Below are positions 1-12,027 of a stretch of 42,011 bases of DNA, one piece after another. Source of the stretch: Chiloscyllium plagiosum (taxonomy: Eukaryota); assembly GCF_004010195.1 (NCBI RefSeq), contig NC_057719.1, positions 15,580,589 to 15,622,599 on the forward strand, given 5' to 3'. Position numbers and translations under genes: made by a program. Below the pieces are notes generated by a model. The model was not told the DNA's origin. It did not search any database and saw only the letters and a list, made by a program, of their open reading frames with translations. Numbering within the stretch: position 1 is the first letter of the stretch; the number at the start of each line of letters is the position of its first letter.

Positions 1-281
1 GCAGATGCTGGAAACTAGATTCTTGATTAGAGTGGTGCTGAAAAAGTACAGCAGTTCAGGCAGCATCCGAGGAACAGGAAAATCGACGTTTCGGGCAAAA
101 GCTTTTGCCCGAAATGTCAATTTTCCTGCTCCTCGGATGCTACCTGAACTGTGCTTTTCCAGCACCACTCTAATCTAGAACTCTATTCCCGATGAAGGGC
201 TTTTGCCCGAAACATCGATTTTCCTGCTCCTCGGATGCTGCCTGAACTGCTGTGCTTTTCCAGCACCACTTTAAACTAGAA
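1..281. mobile_element. Penelope-like pseudo-LTR array (inverted plus direct copies) with decayed hammerhead cores
   Basis: Palindrome centred on gggcaaaag|cttttgccc (101/102), followed by a direct copy with ccgatgaagggcttttgcccgaaacatc. Confidence 0.8.
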
Positions 282-379
282 CCCCATTACAGAAACAAAC
301 CCTTCAGTCCAACTCATCCATACTAACCAGATTACCCAGCTTGATCTTGGGTATAAAATATTTTTATATGGACAGTTCA

Positions 380-560
380 TGAGGTTGAGTCAAAAAGTCT
401 GGCGCTGGAAAGTCAACATTTCATCAGGAATTTCTGATAAAGGGTTAATGCCCGAAACGTTGACTCTCCTGCTCCTCGGATGCTGCCTGACCTGCTGTGC
501 TTTTCCAGCACCACACTTTTTAACTCTGACTCTCCAGCATCTGCAGTCCTCACTTTCTCC
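380..560 (+). mobile_element. Penelope-like pseudo-LTR copy
   Basis: ctgataaagggttaatgcccgaaacgttgactctcctgctcctcggatgctgcctgacctgctgtgc...; same repeat as the one attached to the Penelope ORF at 24610. Confidence 0.75.
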
Positions 561-626
561 TAGTTCAGTAGGTTGGACCTGTACTTATTGGAATTTACAA
601 GAATGAGAGTAAACCTTATTGAAACA

Positions 627-1676
627 AAGGTGGGAGACAGAGGATGGTGGTGGAGGGTTGCTTTTCAGACTGAAGACCTATGACTAGAGTTGTGCCGCAA
701 GGATTCGTGCTGGGTCCACTGATTTTTGTCATTTATATAAATGATTTGGATGTGAATATAGGAGGTACAATTAGTAAGTTTGCAGATGACACGAAAATTA
801 GTGGTACAGTGGACAACCAAGGTGTTTATCTCAGAGTACAGCGGAACCTTGATCAGATGGGCTGTTGGGATGAGGAGTAGCAGATAGAGTTTAATTTAGA
901 TAAATGTGAGGTGCTACATTTTGGTAGGGTAAATCAGGGCAGGACTTCCACACTTAATGGTAAAGTCCTGGGGAGTGTTGCTGAACAAAGAGACCTTGGA
1001 GTGCAGGTTTATAATTCCTTGAAAGTGGAGTCGCAAGTAAACAGGATGTGAAGAAGGTGTTTGGTATGCTTGCCTTTATTGGTCAGGGCATTGAATGTAG
1101 CAGTTAGGTGGTCATGTTGAGGCTGTATAGGACGTGGGTTCGGCTACTTTTGGAATACTGCATTCAATTCTGGTCACCCTGCTATGGGAAAGATGTTGTT
1201 AAACTCAAAAGGGTTCAGAAAAGATTTACAAGTATGTTGTCAGGATTGGAGAGTTTGAGCTATAGGGAGAGGCTGAATTTTCCTTGGAGTGTCGGAGGCT
1301 GAAGGGTGACCTTATAGCCCTCTTAAAATCATGAGAGGTGTGGATTGGGTGAATAGTCAAGCTCTTTTCACCAGGGTAGGGGAGTCCAAAGCTAGAGGGC
1401 ATAAGTTTAAGGTGCGAGGGGAAAGATTTAAAAGGAATCTTAGGGGCAACGTTTTCATGCAGAGGATGGTGCTTGTATGAAATAATCTGCCAGAGGAAGT
1501 GGTGGCTGGTACAATTACAAAATTAAAAAGGCATCTGGATGTGTATATGATTAGGAAAGGTTTAGACGATATGGACCAAATGCTGGCAGATGAAACTAGA
1601 TTAACTTCAGATATCTGGCTAGCATGGACGAGTTAAACCAAAGGATCTGTTTCTGTACTGTACAGCTCTATGACTG
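627..1676 (+). mobile_element. 5'-truncated CR1 (HER1-like) LINE inserted in an older CR1
   Basis: RT motifs VPQGFVLGP and KFADDTK, CR1 3' UTR ending ctctatgact; TSD tgaaaca at 620-626 and 1677-1683. Confidence 0.9.
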
Positions 1677-2300
1677 TGAAACACACAAGATTCTTAAGGG
1701 GCTTGACATTGTTGATACTGAGAGATTGCTTCCCCTTCTAGGACGAGAAAGTATAATCTCAAAGTAGCGGTTTCCCATTTAAATCAGAGATGAAGAGGAA
1801 TTTCTTTTGTCAGAGGGTAGTGAATCTGTGGAATTCTTTACCAGAGAATCTACGGAGGGTTTTTGAAGTTGGATTGTTCATTTATTCAAGGCTGAGGTTG
1901 ACATTTTTAATCAGCAAGGGAATCAAGGGTTATGTGGAAAAGGCAGGAAAGTGGATTTGAAGATTATCAGATCTGCAAATGATCCCATTGAATGGCACAG
2001 CAGACTCAATGGGCCAGTGGACCTACTTCTGCTTCTGTGTCTTAGAGTCTATTGATGATGAAGATAAATTAGAGAAGTGGAGAATATTTTCCTCAGAGAT
2101 AAGGCAGCCGACAGAAGATCTGATTGAAATATTCAAAATCATGTGAGGTCTCGACACAGTAATAGGGATAAATTGTCCTCATCAAAAGAAGGATTGGGGA
2201 TGGGGCAAAGATTTCGAAGCAAAGGTGGTATTAGGAAAAGCGTTTCATGCAACAAGGGGTTAGGATCTGGAATGTACTGCCTGACAGTATGGTGGAGGCA
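1677..2300 (+). mobile_element. Older CR1 3'-end fragments
   Basis: cagagggtagtgaatctgtggaattc (QRVVNLWN) followed by a CR1-type 3' UTR; a second, more decayed copy follows. Confidence 0.75.
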
Positions 2301-2303
2301 AGT

Positions 2304-2728
2304 GGAAATGATGGTCTTGTGCTATTATTGCTAGAGTGTTAATCCAGCGACCCTGGTAATATTCTGGGGACAATTGAATTCATTAAATATCTGGAATTAA
2401 GAGTCAAATGATGACCATGAATCCACTGTTGATTGTCGGAAAAACTCGTCTGGTTCATTCATGTCCTTTAGGGAAGGAAACTGCCATCCTTACCTGTTCT
2501 GGCCTACACATCCTTAATCTAGCTTTGTACTGCTTGGAGTCCTCATAGCTGCTGCTTATGTGATTTCATTTTGGACCTTAACTCAATGGTCAGCGCTAAC
2601 AGCATTAATATAATTAAAACCATGACTCCAGACCCACAGCAATGTGGGATTGTCTCTGGGCAATTAGGGATGGGCAATAAATACTGGTCTGACTAGTGAT
2701 GCCCACATTCCCATGAATGAAGAAAAAA
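2304..2728 (+). mobile_element. tRNA-headed SINE-like element, interrupted at 2505-2624
   Basis: Head and body match minus-strand copies at 27765-28087 and 38340-38602; tail gggcaattagggatgggcaataaat...atgaatgaagaaaaaa. Confidence 0.75.
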
Positions 2729-2749
2729 TTCCACCTGAACATCAGCAAT

Positions 2750-3020
2750 TTTCATTCTCCACGATTGGTGGCTGCTCCTTCAGCCATTTGGACCATAAGC
2801 GCTGAAATACCCTCCCTATTTCTCTCCCATGACTCCTTCCCTCTCTCCACCTTTCAGATGTACCTTAAAGCCCAACTTTTTGACCAAGTTTTTAGTCACT
2901 TATCCTAATATTTCCTAATGTAGGTTAGTGTCAAATTGTGTTTAATAATGCTCCCCATAAAGCACCATTGGGCATTTTATGATGCTAAATGCTTTATAGA
3001 AATACAAGTAGTTGTTGTTA
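2750..3020 (+). mobile_element. L2-like LINE 3' end
   Basis: ccttaaagcccaactttttgaccaagttttt...gctttatagaaatacaagtagttgttgtt tail. Confidence 0.55.
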
Positions 3021-4219
3021 GTTCGCTAAGCTAAGGAGTGGGGAAAATGGGGAAAAGTATTTCTGTTTCTGGTTACTATCCAGTGACTGGTACTGGAGGT
3101 CTGTTTAGATATTGTGGAGAACAGAATTATAATTGTGATGATATATGTAGTCAAATATTTGGCCAGAACTTGCTACTGAGGCATTTTCATGAAAAATGGT
3201 TGCCTGTATGAGCTATGGGAATGGAAAGACTCAGGAAATAAAAATCACTTGCTTATCCTTTTGACCTCCTACCCCACTATCCTAGCTGAGAGAGTGAACA
3301 CAGACATATGATCCATTCACAGGAAATTGCCAATATGACTGCACCAGCAAGATAATGCAAGCACTTTGGGGTACTGCATTGTACAGGAAGCAGATAGCAA
3401 ACCTCTATCCTTTATATAGTGTGTTGATAAAATAATCTGATCTCAGCATACGATGGTCAATTATTCTGTGTGTTAGTGAGTCTGTTTACTATTGCTGATC
3501 ACTGTGCTTGTTGGCTTAAGCCTGGGTGTGGACTTAGAAAAAAAACAAGTTGGAGAAGGAAATGGAAGTCAGAGCTGCAGCATGAAATAGACATTTATAG
3601 CATCCAAGTAAAATCTGTTATTCACATAGAATCTGGCATCATCCCTTCATTGATCGAGATATAAAATATTTAACATAACACACTGGCTAACTGCTGGATA
3701 TGATAGGAATAAGGCCAGACTTGAAAAAAATGTTTCCCTAATTCACACCACTTAGATATCTCTATATATTTCTGCTGAAGTCAGGTACAGCAATATTCCG
3801 ATGATTCCTCCATATCCAGCCATAAGCAAAAGATACAACATCGCAGCCTCATGATTGAAGCTCTTTGTCTGCACAGGGAGGTATATGTGGGGAGATGGTA
3901 ACAGGGCACAAACAGGGGTCTCAATGCCACATCATGGTTTTAATTATATTAATGTTGTTAGCACTGACCATTGAGTCAAGGTCCAAGATGAAATCACATG
4001 ACCAGCAGCTAGAGGACTCCAGGTAGTACAAAGCTAGATTAAGGATGTGTACCTAAGTTGCTTTGTAATTGCAAGTTATCACTTTCCATGTTGTAAAGAT
4101 GACTCTAAGGCTGATACCAAAATGGTTACCCCAGCCACTCAGAGCAGGTTAGCAAATCCAAATAAGAACACAGAATTTCATAGAAGTAGACAGTATGGAT
4201 ATCAAAGTAGAAGATGTCA

Positions 4220-4580
4220 GGGGCAGCACAGTGGTTCAGTGGTTAGCATTGCTGCCTCACTGTGCCAGGAATCCGGGTTTGATTCCAGACTTGGTCAACT
4301 GTCTAGGTGGAGTTTACACATTCTCCCCATGTCTGTGTGTGTTTCCTTTGGATGCTCCAGTTTCCTCCCACAGTCCAAAGATGTGCAGGTTAGGTGAATT
4401 GGCCATGCTAAATTGCCCCACAGTATACAGGGATGTGCAGACTAGGTGGATTAGCCATGGGGAATAAAGGTTTAATGGGTAAGGAGAGGGTGGGTCTGTG
4501 TGGGATGCTCTTTGGACTGTCAGTGTGGACTCAATGGGCCGAATGGCCTGCTTCCACACTGTAGGGTTTCTATGATTCTA
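4220..4580 (+). mobile_element. HE1-like tRNA-derived SINE
   Basis: Head ggcagcacagtggttcagtggttagcattgctgcctcac, core ccaaagatgtgcaggttaggtgaattggccatgctaaattgccc, tail ttccacactgtaggg..tctatgattct. Confidence 0.9.
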
Positions 4581-4696
4581 TATGCTTAAAGTCGATTTGA
4601 TAAATGTCAGTCCATGCAAGTGCAAACAACTTGGGCAAAACAGCTAATGAGCCATCACTCAAGGCACTTTGGGGAATCACCAGAGGAGGAAGTACG

Positions 4697-5001
4697 ACTG
4701 CCTCACAGCACCAGGGCCCCAGGTTCGATCCCATTCTTGTGGAGTTTGCACATTCTCCCCGTGTCTGCGTGGGTTTCCTCCGAGCGCTCTGGTTTCCTCC
4801 CACAATCCAAAGATGTGCAGGTTAAGTGAATTGGCCATGCTAAATTGCCCATAGTGTTCAGGGATGTGTAAGTTAGGTGCATAGTCAGGGCTATATGTAG
4901 ACTAATAACGATAGGGGAATGGGTTACTCTTCAAAGGGTCAGTGTAGGCTTGTTGGGCTGAATGACCTATTTCCACAATGTAGGGATTCTATGATTCTAT
5001 G
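4697..5001 (+). mobile_element. HE1-like SINE
   Basis: B-box ggttcgatccc, same core and tail as the 4220 copy. Confidence 0.9.
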
Positions 5002-5587
5002 AAGGATGGCCTAATATAATAAAAGAGATGCGAAAAGATGCTTTTGACCGTACAAAAATAAACTAGGTATGCCAAGAGACATAAATTTTAAAGAGGAAGA
5101 AGTGTTTTCCAGGACATATTGTTACCACTACAAGAAGAACATATGGACTTTAAGCAACCAAGAGGCTTGATATGGGGTACTGTATATTGGCCAGGGATCA
5201 GCAATGACATTGAGAAAATGGTGAGGGCATGCTAGAGTCACCATCCATAACAAAACAAAGAATCTGCACACACTCACTAGATTCCATCAGTCCGTCGGAT
5301 CAAAATTGCTTTCCTCATCATATATGGCAACAGTTTTCTACTGCTCTCCAACTACTTTTCACATTTTCAATTCTGAGACCGTTAAAGGAATTTTCAAATG
5401 CATCCGTGACTGAATATTACAGTCTATTCAGTTTATCTGAATAGATCATATCTAATAACAGGCCACAGAATACAGGCAGTTCCTTTATTGACGTGCGATA
5501 ATTGTGCCATAAACCATGTGGGTAAATGGTTTGTGTATTAAAGCACTTATCACGAAGTGGAGGGTGACAAAACAGGATCTTCACATT

Positions 5588-5692
5588 AAGGAGGAGAAAG
5601 CGAGGACTGCAGACGCTGGAGATCAGAGTCAAAAGCACAGCAGGTCAGGCAGCATCCGAGGAGCAGGAGAGTCGACATTTCATCAGGAATCA
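5588..5692 (-). mobile_element. Penelope pseudo-LTR copy, hammerhead stem II deleted
   Basis: gcacagcaggtcaggcagcatccgaggagcaggagagtcgacattt|catcaggaat. Confidence 0.75.
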
Positions 5693-5767
5693 GGAGCCAT
5701 AACCTTTCCAAATTCTCAGCAATATACGACAAACTCATTGAAAAACAAGGAGGAATGAAGATGATCA

Positions 5768-6056
5768 GATTAGATTCCCTACAGTGTGGAAGCAGGCCCT
5801 TCAGCCCAACAAGTCCACACCGACCCTCTGAAGGGCAACACACCCAGACCCATTTCCCTCTGACTAATGCACCTAACACTATGGGCAATTTAACATGGCC
5901 AATTCACCTGACCTGCACATCTTTGGACTGTGGGAGGAAACCGGAGCACCCAGAGGAAACCCATGCAGACACGGAGAGAATGTGCAAACTCCACACAGAC
6001 AATTGCCCGAGGCTGGAATCAAACCTGGGACCCTGGTGCTGTGAGCCACCGTGCCG
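5768..6056 (-). mobile_element. HE1-like SINE
   Basis: Reverse complement of the HE1 head and core, with an aatct-type tail. Confidence 0.9.
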
Positions 6057-8799
6057 AGCCACCATGACTAGCATGCAGGTATTGAACTACCTAATCTGCA
6101 TACAGGACAGAAGGTGGCATTCCAAGTGTATAGTGAGCTTAGATCCTATCAAGTTAGACAACCTAATGGAGCAACACTTAAAGGAAACTGAAGCCAACTG
6201 ACCCATAAAGATATGATTGGATAATGAAGGTGTCAAAGATTACCATGCCAACAATCATCAATAATGACACACAAGAAAATCAACTCACATGCACGTGGGG
6301 AGCAACTAAGTTAAAAATTCCAGAAGGTTATTCTATTACAAAACCTGTAAAGTTTGTTAAACCTGCTTATTCAGACCCTTATACTGTTAAACTGATGCAT
6401 TATACAGTTCTTATGTCTGTGTAAATAGTTTTGCAACTACCTATTGTACATGTATTTTTATTCTACTGTGTGAAATTTTACTATGAAAGTAAAGAGAATT
6501 CTGTGTTACTGCTTTAAGATCTATGCTGGTGATCCAAAATGAACATATGACTAGCAGCCATAAGGAGTCCAAGTAACTGCATGTCAAACTAAGGATGTGT
6601 ATGTCAGTTGGTGTGTAGCTGCAAGTTGTCAGTGTTTTTTTTAAGTAAACCTGTTTGAGATTTTATCAGTCCACCATGAGAGTAGTCATTCTGTATTAAG
6701 GAACACAACACAAGAATGTGGCACCGATATTTTCTGCCAGAGACCTCCTGCATAAAATACACATGAGATGAAATGTAAATCGCAAATGTTGGCAATCTAA
6801 ACAAAATGAATATGTGTTGGAAATATATAACAAGTTAACGTCTGAAAGAGGAAAGACAGGCTGATGCATATGCTATGGTCCTAGGTCCCACTTTTCTGAT
6901 CATCAAAGATTTCATCCAGAAGGCTAATTTTCTTGACTGACAATTGATCTTCTTTACATTTTCAGCAGTTTTCCTTTGTATCATGTCTGAGACAGGGTTC
7001 TAAATCCCTACTGTGACATCTCCACCCTCCAATATATGTGTTGCTGTAAATGTTAGTGAGGACTGAATTGAATAGCTCAACAGTCAGTATAATGATCATA
7101 ATGTATGTAATGTATAATACGTGAAATGTGTCATATTTGAAATGTAGACAGCTCACTAAGCTGCCTGCTCACTTAAAAGATGTCTACCTGTAGTCATTGT
7201 TAACCAGACTATTGGTTGGCTCAATGCATCAGTGCATCAACCATAAGACCTTCAAACTTTTAAAAATTAGCCTCATGTTTAAATAGGGAACTAAATCTGC
7301 CTGGTGCTGAGAATTAATCTTTCCTGTGAAACAGTGAGGATTGAAAGAGAGCAGGCTTCAAGGTTTTTAGGTGCTGCACTGGAGGTTTTATGGAAAGGAG
7401 GAGAGAAAAGAGTGGGGTGAAGAGCATATCAGCCATGATTGAATGGCAGAGCAGACTCATTGGGCTGAATGGCCTAATTATCTTACATCTTATGAACTTA
7501 TGAACTGTGTCTGCAAGGTGCTCTCCAGAAATATGGTCAAAAGACAGTCGGAGAAGATAGTCATGACGGTCAATACCAAGCCTCAAGCTGTAAGGACTTG
7601 GATACAGTGCTAACAAGAAGTTTAGGGATGTCATATCAGTAAACAAAATCAGTGTATTCACCTTCAACTGCTATGCTCCATCCAACTGTATCACTAGACT
7701 TAGAAAATGTTCAGTTCACCAAACCTCTTGTAGGTTCTCCTTCAATTCACAGACCATCCTGACATTGAATTATATCCCTATTGTGTCAAAATCCTGCTCC
7801 ATCTTCCCTAACAGAACTGTGAATGTACCTACTCCACATGGTCCTAGCCTTGCCAACAATACTCATATCCTGATAATGAATTAAATAAACATCATTGATC
7901 TACCAGCAATCTTTATCCATCAGGACTCCTCACCAAGATTCAGAGCTTCACCTCATCTTCACGCACTTTCTACTATTGCAAGGCTCACATCCACATCTCG
8001 CACTGCCAACTAACTGTTCAACCACATTATCAAAACTGGTTGCATAGTACTCACTGACAAACTTCCAGGGTAAGGTGATGCACATAGGCATCACCAGAGG
8101 TAGTCGGAAATGTTCAAAAGGAGACAGTTACGCCTGCAGGTCCTAATTTCCAAGAGGTAGGGAAAGGTAGGGAAATACTTTTGGCAATTACTAAAATGTA
8201 CCCATATCCAGTGGAACTGCTGCAACCCAATATGACAGTCACTGTGTATCTAACATTTCTTCAGAAATCCAATTTCTCACTATCTCTCCTGATTTACAAT
8301 CTGCAGAAAGTGTAAGCATGCACTTCTTAATTTCCTGCTCCCTTCACCACAAATCTAGCCCTGTGCCTTTCTCCTTTCACTACCTGAGAACTATAATCTG
8401 GAGGAACACCAATGAAAGAGTGATGATGAAGACACAGGACTCATCAAGTTTCACACTCATTGTCTCCAGCTCAGATACTGACACTGATTGAGAGAGATTA
8501 GAGATGGGACCTGCAAGTGGTGAGACACAGAGTGTGAGTGCAGTGCAGCTGGGGGAGGAAGGCTGATGCAGATGCCACCTTACTAGATACTGAGATGCCA
8601 CAAAGCTGAGCAGATTCAGATGATGCAGCCAACAGAAGAAGGCTGATGGATTTATTTGTGTACAATGAAATGATTGGTTTATGCCAAAAAGCCTGTACAG
8701 TATTCAATATCAAGAGATATTGAAGTATTAAACACTAACCTCGTACGGGAGCTTGTACAAATTATGGAGCCCATCCTTTCCAACATTGTTTACACACTT

Positions 8800-9210
8800 G
8801 TGCACTACTTCAAGACACATCCCAAGGCACTTGGTAGACAGTTAAGTTCTTTCAGATCTAATCACTGAGCTGTTATGATGTGAGCAATATGACAGCCAAT
8901 TTACACATAGCAAGATCCTGTGAAAATAATGCAATAGTCTGTGCTTGTTGCTGTGTTACTTAAGAGTTAACCATTGGGCAGTTCACTCATAACATCTTCC
9001 CTGCTCTACGTCAAAAGAACACCGTGATGTCTTTTACATTCACCTGAGAAGATCGACATCTGAATATCTCATCTGAAAGAAGGCACTGACAACAGCCCAG
9101 CACTCTGTCAGTATTGCACTAAAATGTCTTTATGGTCAAGAATCTTGTCTGGGACTTGAACCTAAAATTTTCTGACTCAGAGCCAGGAGTGCAACCAAAT
9201 GAGCCAAAAC
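8800..9210 (-). mobile_element. DeuSINE (SacSINE1/AmnSINE-like)
   Basis: tRNA-like head (reverse complement of gggacttgaacc...ctgactcaga...gagcca), tctcatctgaaaga...cagcactct.tcagtattgcact body, Deu-domain-like cagccaatttacacatagcaagatcc. Confidence 0.65.
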
Positions 9211-10279
9211 TGCTACATCGATTTAAATATAGTTCATGCTCCTTGAATAGATGACAGCCTCAGTGACTGTCCCTTACACAACAGTGGATGGAAAACAGAA
9301 ACATGATACAAGAATCACCAGTTCTAATGTGGAAGGATCCCCAGCCAGATAAATGTTCATTACCATCATCACTTTCACTGACTATGTAATCCTTGCTGTA
9401 GTCAGAGGTTACAGTTGTTACTACAGTAAGTAGCAAATTTAAGCGAGAGCTTCTTTATTAAAACACAACTGTCTCACACATTGTGCATCAGGAAAGTGCA
9501 GCTGGAGAATTCCTCCCTGAACATTTTGCTGGATAAGTCTTGTGGCCAGGAAAAAGTCAGAAGCCACTACCTGCAATGCCACTCCTTTGCTGCAGACTGT
9601 TGTAGTTTGGATGAATTGTAGAGAATGCCAAACATATATGGTTGCAGCAACAGACAGAAGAAATTATTCTGCATATTAACCTGCATATAGCTGATAACCT
9701 CCTTTAAATACTCTTGATAATGAAGTAGTAGGGGAATCCTTCCTGCTATTTAATATGAGCTGAGCTGTGCTAAGTTGCAAGAAAACATTAACCAGTGTGT
9801 TAAATTCACCAGGTTTGTACACTCACTTATGAAGACATTCTGCTCTGCATATCAAGAGGCAATTAGCTACACCATACTACGATCCCTCACCGAGCATGAT
9901 TCATGGCAAAAGTATATGAATGCTCATTCCATACCATTTTAGTCCCCAACCATCACCCACAGCGTCCAAACAACTGGTACTATGGAATCCAGTTTTGCAC
10001 CCAGTGCCTTGGAATGGAATGTCTTAGCGTTGAGATAAAGCAAACACTGTTAATCTCTCCCTGCAACCTTCCCACTGTAAGAATGCACACAATCATTTCT
10101 CAGGATCCTGAGCCAATGCTAGTTTCAGCCTCACTCAAGCGTGCGGATTACTTAATCCTGAGTTGTTTTAGTGTGATCGCGTGACTTCCGATTCCCACAC
10201 TTTGCTTGATGAGTATATCATGGTGAGTTACCCACAATGGACTTGACATCAAAGAGAAACACATCAAAAGTCATTCTCA

Positions 10280-10525
10280 TCACTGGAAATAATAAGGATA
10301 GTATGGGATTTGGGAGAGGGAAGATACATTGATATTGGAGGTATAACCTTGATATAATCCTCATAACATTTAAGTATTTAGAAGTGCACTTGTGATGCCA
10401 AAACATACAAGGTTGGAGGCCAAGTGCTGGAAAATTGGATTAGAATAGTCAGGCGGTTGTTTATATCTGGCACAGATGCGATGGACTGAAGGGACTTCTT
10501 TTGTGCTGTGGACATCAATGACTCA
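10280..10525 (+). mobile_element. CR1 3'-end fragment
   Basis: aacatttaagtatttagaagtgcacttg...ggactgaagggacttcttttgtgctgt resembles the CR1 3' UTR. Confidence 0.6.
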
Positions 10526-11299
10526 TTGAGGGTTGATTTGTGAAGTGATGAGGAGAGGATGGATATTCTGGTGTTTGTCTGCCAAAAAGTGTGGCTTACC
10601 TGTTAGAAACCCTTCAGGCTTCCCTGGCTAAGGGATGTCAAGGAGATGATGTTTGTTTGAGGAGTAATTATAGCACCACAAAGTGAAGTTAATCTACAAA
10701 CAACAGATCTTGAGTTAAACTGTACTGTTTAGAGAAGACTTCTGTTCAGATGTCTCCCATGGAGGCAGAAGGAAGAATTGAAAAGGAATAGGAAAATCAT
10801 TATTAGATTGATGCTGGATACCTACTAGGCCTGAACCAAAGAGCAGCAATCATCATTCACCATAACACAGTGAACCTGCCCCCTAATAACGGGATTTGGG
10901 ATTGAGAACTATTGCAAGGCAGAAGAGGGAAAACAAAGAACCGTTACACCCTGAAATACATTATTAAACAAATCAGTTCTTACCATGGTACGGTAAATTT
11001 GTGAAATTGTTTTAAAAAAGAATGTTTGACCTCCTAATTCAATTTCAGATCAATTGGAATGTTTGAAAATGGATCTCCAGCTCTCCTGACACCACAACCT
11101 AAAGCAATGTAAGCAATGAGATTTACTGTGCTAACAGATCAGAAATCATGGCTTGTGGGTCTCTGAGTAGATGCAGGGGAATCAGTTTGCCTGCCTACTA
11201 GAGAAAGTGGTTATGTTCTATGCCATCACATCAGGATAGAGCCTGATTTCCAACGGTCACTAAACAACATCATACATGTGAAACCAGCCACTCAATGAA

Positions 11300-11520
11300 G
11301 CACCAAGCTCTGATCTCTTGTGACACCACCTGCAAGCATTTCTCCAAGCCACTCACTATTCTTGAATATATGTATTACTGTTCATTCAACGTGCATGGGT
11401 CAAAATCCTGGAATTCCCTCCCTAACAATATTGTGGGTCTGCCTACACCAAGTGAACTGCAGCCATTCACCACACCTTCTCAGGGACAGTTATGGATAGA
11501 GAATAAATGTCATTGAATTT
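11300..11520 (+). mobile_element. 3' end of the APE/RT LINE family also present at 22430-28087
   Basis: gggtcaaaatcctggaattccctccctaac (GSKSWNSLP) followed by caccacaccttctcaggg...aataaatg. A similar decayed end lies at about 7700-7890. Confidence 0.6.
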
Positions 11521-12027
11521 TTTAAAAATGCAATTGTCTGATGTAATATCTGCAGAAGAGTAAATGGTTAACTACCGTTGATTAATATAATTTCCTCTGG
11601 AAAACAACTCCATAAACAAAGGAAGGCATAGCTAAGTACCAAAGTTAATCAGATTGTTGGCAGATTCAATTCAATGTTGGAGAAATCTGAACTCATATAC
11701 TGTATACTGTAGAAGCAAGAACAGAGAAAGGAAATATACCTCAAATGGATTACAGCAGCAGAGGGAATTTAGTGTGTTGATGCATAGCTTTATGAAGGTA
11801 AATGCATGAGCAGATAAGGCCTGATAAAAGACAAATGGGATCTTTGGTTTTGTACCAAGAGACAGGACTGGCAGCTCAACATTCCATGGTATAGAAGTTT
11901 CAGGCACAACCGAGGGAGAAGTAAGAGAAGTGGGGGCATTGCATTATTGATAAAGGAAAGCACCATTGGAGTAATGAGGGAGAAAGTTCGAGAAGAGTCT
12001 TCAGATGAGGCCATCTGAGTACAGCTT

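Larger units (their letters stand above)
3953..6710 (+). mobile_element. Heavily deleted Gypsy-like LTR retrotransposon, interrupted by SINEs
   Basis: Diverged direct repeats at about 3953-4085 and 6502-6710 share ccaa.atgaa...agcagc...aaggatgtgta...gcaagtt.tca. PBS-like tggttacccc at 4123, purine tract at 6485-6498, integrase zinc-binding remnant VYWPGISNDIEKMVRAC at about 5182-5232, SDNGPQ-like SNNRPQ at 5451. Confidence 0.6.

Noticed and set aside
4220..6056. tRNA-like A/B boxes as tRNA genes, and overlapping short ORFs
   Set aside because: These are SINE heads; the ORFs are translations of HE1-like repeats.
7950..8800. Possible Harbinger-associated repeat remnants (also about 9450-9900 and 36950-38050)
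   Set aside because: The resemblance is impressionistic; I could not show TIRs, TSDs or conserved peptides.
10594..10750. Strong minus-strand donor CAG|gtaagc near 10600 suggesting a cryptic exon
   Set aside because: No Prox homology and no convincing acceptor or frame; such motifs arise by chance.
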